A stretch of 64,000 nt of DNA. Source: Diplonema japonicum (lineage: Eukaryota; Protista; Euglenozoa: Diplonemea). The stretch lies in the NCBI GenBank assembly GCA_964019335.1, contig OZ025663.1, positions 124,001-188,000 on the forward strand, written 5' to 3'. Within the stretch, counting starts at the first letter, position 1. Each line of letters starts with the position of its first letter. A program made the position numbers and the translations under genes. Shown piece after piece: positions 1 through 8,608 of the stretch. Below the pieces are notes generated by a model, which was not told the origin of the DNA, made no database searches, and saw only the letters and a program-made list of their open reading frames with translations.

Positions 1-2
1 AG

Positions 3-1259
3 CTGGAAGACGCAATGCTTCTCATTGAAGCGGCAGAGAGCAGCAACCTGCAGTTAAAGGAACGACTTTATAGACAAAATAAGAACACAGAGCTTGTGCC
101 TTACGATGGGAGTGTTGTCGGTGCTGTAAGCGTTCCACATCTGTCCATAGCTGTGCAGACAGAGGAGGTAGAGAAACGAAGGAGCGGCAGTGCAAGCAGC
201 GTGTCATCTGTGCAGCAAGAACAACGCCGTGCTACTATCGACCTGCAAGCGTTGCAGATGCATGACCCTACAAGGTTCCTATTCCAACTAAAGCAGCAGT
301 CGCGGTATCTTTTTGACAAGATGAAGACGTACCTGGACTCGGTGGTGTCGGATGTCCCTCCAGTGCCGAAGTCCTTGACCCCTGCACCCCTCAGCAGGCC
401 GTCTTCGTGTGCTCGGACACCGACGTTCTTGAACCTGCCTTCTCCCGAAGACGGAGTGTCATACACGGAAAGGGGTGGTGTGAAGCTGTCTGAGAACTTG
501 ATGAGAGCTCTGCAGCCGTACGAGAAGGAGTTCCAGGCATCGCGACCCGTGGAGTGCGCCAAAATGGCTGCGCAATGGAAGCAGCAGTGCATTGCTCAGG
601 CAAAACGGGAGAAGGATGAACGCCGGTCAGTTTGCAGCAGACCCCCGTCGGCCCACCCGTTTTCACGACCAGGGTCGGCGATGCGTGTCTTAGAACCGCT
701 TGTGCCAAGCGTGGTGCAGCTGCCGCTGCCTGGTGCTGACGAACCTGCCGACATCTTTAAATACGTGATTGACTACTTGCTACAACAGGCAGCCAAGCTG
801 GCGGAGAACCAGATGACCTTACAAGTGACCAACGGCTTCAATGGTGTGTCGCTGGACAGCTTGCAGCACGTCACAAGCATGCCGTACGAGAAGGTCGAGG
901 CTCTGTCCGACTTGCATGTTAAGAACCTCACACCAAGGCTGTCGCCAAGGCCGGAGAAGGCCCCTTTGGTGCCACTACCCCTGAAGCGCATCAAAGAAGT
1001 ACCAGTTGTGCGGAAAACATCACCACCATGCTCTCTGGAAGAGATGATTATGGACAATGCTGGGTTCAGACCTTCCAACCTGGAACTGTCGGTGGCGAGA
1101 GGCGTACGGCACCACACAACAGAGAAGGATGACGCGCAGCTAGGACCACTAGAACGGAGGAAACAGGAACAGAGGGTACTCACACACACAGCATCGGCAT
1201 CCTGCAAAAAGACAACCATCCCACGTAGATCTCCAATGCCTAGGTTACCACCTAGGTAG
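3..1259 (+). CDS. Hypothetical protein, 5'-truncated by the window edge
   Basis: The frame is open from base 3 through ATG 15 to TAG 1259 (over 414 aa) with coding-like composition. No recognisable domain. Confidence 0.7.
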   Translation: MEDAMLLIEAAESSNLQLKERLYRQNKNTELVPYDGSVVGAVSVPHLSIAVQTEEVEKRRSGSASSVSSVQQEQRRATIDLQALQMHDPTRFLFQLKQQSRYLFDKMKTYLDSVVSDVPPVPKSLTPAPLSRPSSCARTPTFLNLPSPEDGVSYTERGGVKLSENLMRALQPYEKEFQASRPVECAKMAAQWKQQCIAQAKREKDERRSVCSRPPSAHPFSRPGSAMRVLEPLVPSVVQLPLPGADEPADIFKYVIDYLLQQAAKLAENQMTLQVTNGFNGVSLDSLQHVTSMPYEKVEALSDLHVKNLTPRLSPRPEKAPLVPLPLKRIKEVPVVRKTSPPCSLEEMIMDNAGFRPSNLELSVARGVRHHTTEKDDAQLGPLERRKQEQRVLTHTASASCKKTTIPRRSPMPRLPPR

Positions 1260-1404
1260 CCCCCCGCTTTCATATCAAACACATCTGCAACATTCATTTG
1301 CATTACACTGACGACGCCATGGCCAATGTCTTCGGCTGGTGGCTGCCACCAGAAAGCTATTCAACTGTATATTTTAGCACATCATACATACACACAGGCA
1401 CACG

Positions 1405-2043
1405 ATGGCATCAGCATACTGGGGACTAATTGGGAGGAGTGGGTTAAATATCGTGACGGGAAATGAGGCGACAGGTGTGACGCAGGAAGAGTTGGACACA
1501 CACATTAGGCAAAAGCTGGTGGTGCCAAGGGGCAGTGTGGTGTCGATCAGGGGGATGAATGGGAATGCAGTTGAAGGGGACATCGAGCCGAATAGCCATG
1601 TGATGGTGCAGGTGCTGTCGGAGGAGTTGAAGCACAGCATGGACGAGCTGATGGAAGTGGACAGGGTGTTCAAGAAGGAGAAGAGGGAAGTCCCTGAGGA
1701 GCTTCCTGTCGAGCAGGGGAAAGCTCCCATCCAGCTGCTGCAAAGACTTGTCAGCGAACAGACAGCTTCCCTCCCGCCTACCACGATGCCGCTCCCAGGC
1801 CATCTCGCTAAGCCCCCAGGTCTTTCAAAGGACGCGCCTTCCCCTTCCACCTCTGCGCCGCCCAACCTCTATTGTCCTCTCACTAAGGTTCTCCTCACCG
1901 ACGCCGTCCTTCTCGCCTGCTGTGGGAATACTATATCCCAATCGGGTGTCACCGCAGGCCTGCCTTGCCCCATGTGCCAGGGCCCCCCTCCGACCTGCGC
2001 TCCCGATGCACGGGTGCGGAGAATGGCCAAAAAGTACCAGTGA
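1405..2043 (+). CDS. RBBP6/Mpe1-like protein (DWNN ubiquitin-like N-terminus plus C-terminal RING/U-box-like domain)
   Basis: The N-terminal ~70 aa ends ..IEPNSHVMVQ (DWNN-like). The C-terminal PPNLYCPLTKVLLTDAVLLACCG..CPMC..PDARVR resembles the RBBP6 RING. No zinc knuckle is visible. Confidence 0.6.
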   Translation: MASAYWGLIGRSGLNIVTGNEATGVTQEELDTHIRQKLVVPRGSVVSIRGMNGNAVEGDIEPNSHVMVQVLSEELKHSMDELMEVDRVFKKEKREVPEELPVEQGKAPIQLLQRLVSEQTASLPPTTMPLPGHLAKPPGLSKDAPSPSTSAPPNLYCPLTKVLLTDAVLLACCGNTISQSGVTAGLPCPMCQGPPPTCAPDARVRRMAKKYQ

Positions 2044-2221
2044 AGCAGGGGGGTTTAGTGTTTTTCTTTTTCTTTTTCTTTTCCCCCTCTATTTTATTTA
2101 AAGCTGTGAACGAGGGAATGTGAGAATGAGTTGGGCGAAGGAAAAAAAAAGGAGGGAAAAAAAAAAGTGGTTTTTTTAATTAGTGATCCAACCTGCACAC
2201 ATCAACAACACCACAGGCGAT

Positions 2222-3167
2222 ATGTTTGGCGGGTTCGGAGCGTCTTCATCGTCATCGGGCGGGTTCGGCGGGTTCGGAGCGTCGAGCGGTGGTGGAGGGT
2301 TTGGGGGGTTTGGGGCACCCTCGGGGGCGGGTTTTGGAGCGGCTGCAGCTGGGTCAGGGGGTGCGTTTGGGGCAGGTATGGAAATGAGGGGGGCGGGCAA
2401 ACTAAACACACAGCAGCACCGGCAAATGCGCAACCACCACCAGGAGTACCGACAGGACCCCCGCAGTGGAACTGGACACTGGCGGACTTGAGGGGATGGG
2501 CGGAACATCAGAAAAAGACAGTAGGCCCGACAGCAGGGACAGAGCTGAAAATAATAGAAGACTTGTACGCCAGGCGCGTGGCACATGACAAGGCGGCAAA
2601 GGAGATGACAGCGAAATTTTACGGAAGCAACGGGAGCGAACTGCCGGTGTTGGAAAGACTGCGGACAATGGCGAGCGACGTGAAGAGTTTGAGAGAAGGA
2701 CCGGAATCGGCGATGTTCTTCTTACGGCACGCAGAGCAGCTGCGGACTGACACAACAGGCGTCGACGGGGAGGGCGGCATACAAAGCGAGATCCGAAACC
2801 TCCGGTTGATCGCGGACTCTTGCGATGCGCGGTCCCGCTCGGACCCCTCATCAACAGCCGCACGTGAGGTTCAACAGCAACAAGACTTCGTTGTGAAGTG
2901 CAGCGCGCAAATGCTTGAACGCATTGACGAGGCAGGCATCCAGCTCAGAAGCCTTCAAAGAGAGATGCGCTCCTCCCAGAACGGCGCCTCCATCTCTTCT
3001 CAACAACTCGCCGAACTCATCGAACGGCATTACAAACTTTACACATGGCTGAACGGGAGGGTCCGCGAGACCGACAGCCGGGTAGACCCCTTGAGGGAGA
3101 ACTACAAACACATGAAGGGCCTCCCTGGGAACTTCTTCGAGACGCTTCAGGTATTATACTAAGGAGG

Positions 3168-3207
<40 letters not shown>

Positions 3208-3753
3208 AGTCCCGCCGTGAACAGCGCAGCAATGAACTGTCTAACAGATATGAACACATACGGTGCAAGGCCGCAGATATGGATTTTGCACAAAGCGCAT
3301 CCAGCGGTGGGTTCGGAGCTTCTGGAAGTGCGTTCGGTGGGTTTGGTGCTTCCTCCTCTTCCTCCTCTTCCGGTGGCTTTGGTGGCTTTGGTGGATTCGG
3401 TGCCTCTTCTTCCTCGGCCGGTGGCTTTGGTGGCCTCGGTGGTGGATTCGGTGCTTCTTCTTCTTCTACTGGCGGGTTTGGCGGGTTTGGTGCCTCTTCT
3501 TCTTCTACTGGCGGGTTTGGTGGGTTTGGTGCCTCTTCTTCTTCTACTGGCGGCTTCGGCGGGTTCGGTGCCTCTTCTTCTTCAGCAGGTGGATTTGGTG
3601 GCTTTGGAGCTGCTGCTGGTGGTGGTGGTGGTGGTTTCGGTGCTTCAGCAGGCGGTTTCGGTATGGGGAAGAAGAAGAAAAAAAAAATTGTTTTATTTAG
3701 GTGCAACCTCCAGCAGTCCTTCAAACAAAAAGCGAACAGGTAAAAAGAGGTAG
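2222..3753 (+). CDS. FG-repeat nucleoporin, Nup58/Nup49-like; exons 2222-2375, 2414-3150, 3210-3660, 3701-3753
   Basis: GGFGGFGASSSS repeats at both termini flank a coiled-coil core, with a basic tail KKRTGKKR. Three GT-AG introns (38, 59, 40 nt) join four ORF fragments in frame. Confidence 0.8.
3304..3660 (+). repeat. Coding tandem repeat (36-bp unit, GGFGGFGASSSS/T)
   Basis: Repeated ggcgggtttggcgggtttggtgcctcttcttcttctact-like units encode the FG repeats. Confidence 0.85.
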
Positions 3754-4394
3754 ATATGAAGGGATTTTAATCGGCTCGGAATAGGCCGGTATTTTTTTTT
3801 TTTTTTTTCCCTCGATGGTGGTGGAGAGGAGGGGAGAGAAAAAAAAAAAAGGGAGAGGGAAGAAAATAGGACACTCTTTTTTTTTTTTGTTTAGATTTTT
3901 TTTGTTGGGGTTTGTTACCCCCTCCCCGTCATAGTGAATTATCTTTTCTTTTTTTTTTTTTTAACGCCCCATATCTCTAAGCCTGTCTGAAAATATTTAA
4001 AGAATTCGGCGTTTTAATCATGCAAGAACTAACCCTTCCGAGGGGGCTTGTAAGTATCTTTATTATGACGATTTCAAGAGAGGGCTCTTTCCAACATTCT
4101 ACTCCAGAAAAATGCACAAAAAAAAGTCAATTGTAACATGTTTTTGAGATATGAGGTGCTTAAATGGTTCACATCCTCCCCTCCCTGTCAACTCCTCTCT
4201 TTTCCCCCCTCTTCCCTTTCTCCTTTTTCGTCGTTTTCTTTTTTTTTTTAATCAGACAGGAAAGGAGCGGGGGGGAAAAAAAAAGAGAGGGGGAACAAAA
4301 AAAAAAAGAAACCATTGGAATAGTGTGTGTGGTATGTATTCCATACCCCCCCTTTTTTTCTCTCTTTATTTTTTGTCCTCTGAGCGAAAACTTC

Positions 4395-4433
<39 letters not shown>

Positions 4434-4462
4434 AAAGACGTGGGAAAAAAAAAGAAAAAAAA

Positions 4463-5733
4463 ATGTCAAATCAAGAAGCGGTTGGAACGGTATATAAAAA
4501 AAAAAAAGAAATTAAAACAAAAACAAACAAACAAACAAAAAAAGGTGAGGTCCTCGGGGCTGAAGGTGATTTCGGGAAACTCAAACCCAGAATTCGCAGC
4601 GCTGGTTGCTGAGCACCTTGGGACAACAGTGACGAAAGCGACGGTGGGGAAATTCGCGAATGGGGAAATCAATATATCGATCGATGACCCTGTCAGGGGT
4701 GATGATGTGTTTGTGGTCCACCCCACGTGTTCCAACCAAGCCACTGGGCTGAACGTGAACGAGGCGGTGATGGAACTGCTGCTCCTCATTCACACCATCA
4801 AGCTGTCCTCCGCAAAGAGAATATCTGCAGTCATCCCTCATTTCGCCTACGCAAGACAGGACCGCAAGGTAACAGTACAAACTAAATTTTTTAGAACTTT
4901 AAACACAGAGTGAAGCCCGTGTCCCCATCTCCGCCTCTGCCGTCGCCCAGCTTCTCGTAAATGTCGGTGTGGACCGCATCGTTACTGTAGACCTTCACTG
5001 CGGGCAAATACAAGGATTCTTCAAGAACACCCCTGTCAACAACCTTATGGCGAGTAGGGAGTTTGCTCACTACTTGCAGAGCAAAGAGATTAAACCTGAG
5101 GTGTTTTTTTTTTTTTTTTTTTTTTCTTTTCTTTTTTTTCTTTTAGTAAAATAAAATAGATGCTCGCCATCGTTGCACCCGATGCAGGTGCCGTGGACAG
5201 GGCCAGGCGTTTGGCCGATAAACTGAACGCGGAGAAGGTGGTTACAATTTTAAAGAGGCGAGTGCAAGCAGGGAAGGTTGACAGTATGCACATTGCGGGT
5301 GATGTGTCTGGCATGGTGGCCGTCATTGTGGACGACATGACCGACACCAGTGGTACTTTGGTGAAGGCGGCTGAGGTGCTGAAGCAGAACGGTGCAAGCA
5401 AGGTAAAAAAAAAAAAAAAAAAAAGAGGGGAGGGGGAAAAAAAAAAAAATACAGGTCTTTGCTATGATCACTCACGGTGTGCTGACCGACCCTGCTTGTT
5501 CGAGAATTGAGGCAAGTGATGCTCTTACAGAAGTTGTGGTCACTGACACCATGCCACAGGCACACAATTTGAGCAGGTGTAGCAAGTTGGTTGTCCTGTC
5601 GGTCGCGCCCCTTATCGCAGAGGCTATGAGGCGGATTCACACGGAGCAGTCTATGGACAACCTTTACTCTACCTCATTCCTCCCCGCAAAACGTGGGGTG
5701 GTCCAGACCGAGCCTGAGGAACAAAAAGAGTAG
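4463..5733 (+). CDS. PRPS: Ribose-phosphate pyrophosphokinase (PRPP synthetase); exons 4463-4489, 4545-4868, 4909-5100, 5160-5402, 5455-5733
   Basis: Motifs [48 protein letters not shown] and THGVL. Four GT-AG introns (55, 40, 59, 52 nt) restore the frame. Confidence 0.95.
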
Positions 5734-5941
5734 GGGAAAAAAAAAAGATGAAGAAGAAGAAAAGAAAAAAAAAATCATGTTCCCAATTTCCTTTTTTTTG
5801 TTTTCCCCCTTTCCCCCCCCCCTTTTTTTTTCCCGTCCCCTTTTCTCCCTCCCCTATCTATCAATTCGGGAATGTGGGAATGAATACCGAGAGTTGGGTG
5901 TAAGACTAGACAGTGCTCCCCTTTTTAACAGTTGGGGAGTT

Positions 5942-5979
<38 letters not shown>

Positions 5980-6733
5980 TTTGTGTGTTTGGAAAGATAG
6001 GTTTAAAGAAAGAAAAAAAAAACAAAAAAAAAAAAAACGGTGTTTCACTATAGACATAGAAATTCTTTTTTCGAAAAAAAAAAAAAAAAAAATGCGATTA
6101 CCAGATGAAATATAGCATCCTCAAGGGGGAGGAAGAGAGGGGGGAGAGGAGAAACATGACAAAAAAAAAAAGAAAGGTTGGAAGAAGGAGAATAGAAAAG
6201 GAATGATAAGTAAAGGGAGGGAAGAGAGGGTGGGGGGAATGGGGGGAAAGCAAAAAAAAAAAAAAAAGAGGAAAAAAAGAAGGGGAAAAGACTGCCAATA
6301 TTCTCTTGTGTGTCCTCAGTTCTTTTTTTTTTTCCTCTATTTTTTTTTTCTTTTTTAGAAACCCCTTCCTCATCTCTGTTCTATTACATGCTTGCATTAG
6401 CCCTCCCCTCCCCCCCCCCCCCCCCCCTTTCACTTCAAGTGGAGAATTTAATTGTCTTTTTTTTTAGAGAGACGCATTACTTCCCCCCCCTCCCTTTCCC
6501 CCCCTCCCCTTCTCAAAAAATCATTTGGGTTTCCCCCAGTTTTCCCCCCCCTGTCACTTTCCTTCTTTCTTTCTCCCTTCCCCCCTTTTTTTATCTCCAC
6601 TTTTTTGTATTATGAATCGCTTCAAATGGAGGGGGGGTGGGGAGGGGGGGGAAGAAGGAAAAATACCCAAGGTGATTGTGCACGCGCACACTGGGCACTT
6701 TCTTCTTTTTTTTTTATAAAAATATTTTGCCTC

Positions 6734-6804
<71 letters not shown>

Positions 6805-6944
6805 ACGCTATCAACGGTTCTGGTTTTCTTTTCTCTTTTTTTCTCTTCATAGCACCGACACAAAAAATAAAAAAAAAAAATAAATAAAATGCAATCACAG
6901 AACTGGAGGAAGGGGGTGTGAGGGGGGGGGGGGGAAATATAAAA

Positions 6945-7000
6945 ATGGCATTTGTTGGCCTTACATACACGGGACCACAAAATTTTTTCCAGGTTTGTTC

Positions 7001-7037
<37 letters not shown>

Positions 7038-7462
7038 AGTACCATGACACCGAGCCCAATGAGTTCAACGAAGAAGTGAAGAGAGTCGTGCCGGTTGATG
7101 AACTTCCCGAAGAAATGAAAAAAGTGAAATGGGCACAAAAGGAAGTCAACTTAGCAGACCTGTATCCTGAAAACACCGCGCTGAGGCAGCTAAAGAAGGA
7201 AAGCCAAGCTAAAACAAGGAAAACTGCAACAGAATTCAGTTCTGTTGAGGCCTTCAAGGAATCCTTGGTGAAGCACTCTAGGGGTGCTGCAGACCCTCAG
7301 GCTAAATGGTATACCCCACTGACTTCTTCACACGAATACGGGTGGACGAAGGACATCCCTGGCGGGGGCAATGTAGGAAGCCCACAGGAGAAGAAATTTT
7401 CAAAAACCTCTTCAGAAGAAGCGAAATACTCTGAAGCGATGCTGAAACAAGGCATGATATAA
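6945..7462 (+). CDS. TEX49/SPMIP11-like axonemal microtubule inner protein; exons 6945-6992, 7040-7462
   Basis: N-terminal MAFVGLTYTGPQNFFQ, a PQAKWYTPLTSSHEYGW motif and C-terminal SEEAKYSEAM resemble this MIP family. One 47-nt GT-AG intron. Confidence 0.55.
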
Positions 7463-7969
7463 GTGCCGGGAGAGCGTTCTGTTTATATTTTGTTATTTAA
7501 ATCTTTTTATTATTATTATTATTATTATTTTTTTTTTATTCGATAACCATCAAACATGTATACACAGGGAGCGCCACTCTTTACTTCTCCCCCTCCCTCC
7601 CTCCTACTCTTGTTTCTTCCTCTTTCCTTTTTTTTCCCCTCTTTTTTTTTCCCTTCTTTTTTTTTTTCAACCCTCCTACGCAAAGGGGAATAAATATATT
7701 AAAAAAAAAAGAAAAAAAAAGAGGAAGGGGAGGAGAAAAAAAAAAAGTGAATTAAAAAAAAAAAAAAAAAAACAAGAAGAGGGGGAAAAAAATGGATTTT
7801 TAAGTCTTTTGGAAAAGAAAAAAAAAAACAAAAAAACAACTAAACGCCTAGTTTTAAGAAAAACTTTACGTTGTCTTAAACCCTGTTAACCCCCCTCTCC
7901 CTCTCCCTGTTCAAAAAAAAATAAAAAATAAAAAAAAAGAGAAAAAAAAAATCAAGTGAAAATAGCGAA

Positions 7970-8468
7970 ATGGCCACGAATAGTGCCGACTTACAGTCGG
8001 CTGTTGCAAATTTGCAGAAACGGTTCCCGGAGATAGGGAAAAATATTTTGAAGCTGGTTGTCGCAAGCAGCAAAGACGAACAAGTTGCGGTTTATAGGCT
8101 GTTGTGTAGGGAACAGATGGGGAAAGACCCTGGTTCGTGCATCCCTACTGAAGAGTCCCCTCCGCCTCCAATCTCTGCCACTTCTTCCCCACACTCATCA
8201 GTCAGAGAAACATCCCCGCATAGTGGTTACAAAACACAAGGAGGTGCTAAAAGTCCCGAACACCAGGACACGGTCAAAGCACTGCAATGCCCTGCCTGTT
8301 CGACGCAGCTATCTGTATGGGGGAAGGGTAAAAAAAAAAAAAAATAAAAAAAAAATAAAAAAACAGACCCCCACGCAGTACCCAGTCAACCTTATCTGCC
8401 CAGCCTGCTCCATCACCTTTAGACAGTCAACTCCTCCACGAGGTCGCGCTCCAGCTTCCCATCCGTAT

Positions 8469-8515
<47 letters not shown>

Positions 8516-8550
8516 GCGTCCTGCCACATACCGCAGGTACCCTTAAATGT

Positions 8551-8608
<58 letters not shown>

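Noticed and set aside
3304-3660. Regular 36-bp repeats as a possible CRISPR array
   Set aside because: There are no unique spacers or cas genes, and the repeats encode FG-nucleoporin repeats.
3970-4153. CATATCTC/GAGATATG inverted repeat as a MITE
   Set aside because: Only 8 bp match perfectly, with no target duplication and no second copy.
8516-8553. The 21-nt exon plus GT as a spliced-leader RNA gene or ribozyme
   Set aside because: It does not resemble the kinetoplastid, diplonemid or euglenid SL sequences I know, there is no tandem array, and no hammerhead or HDV core is present.
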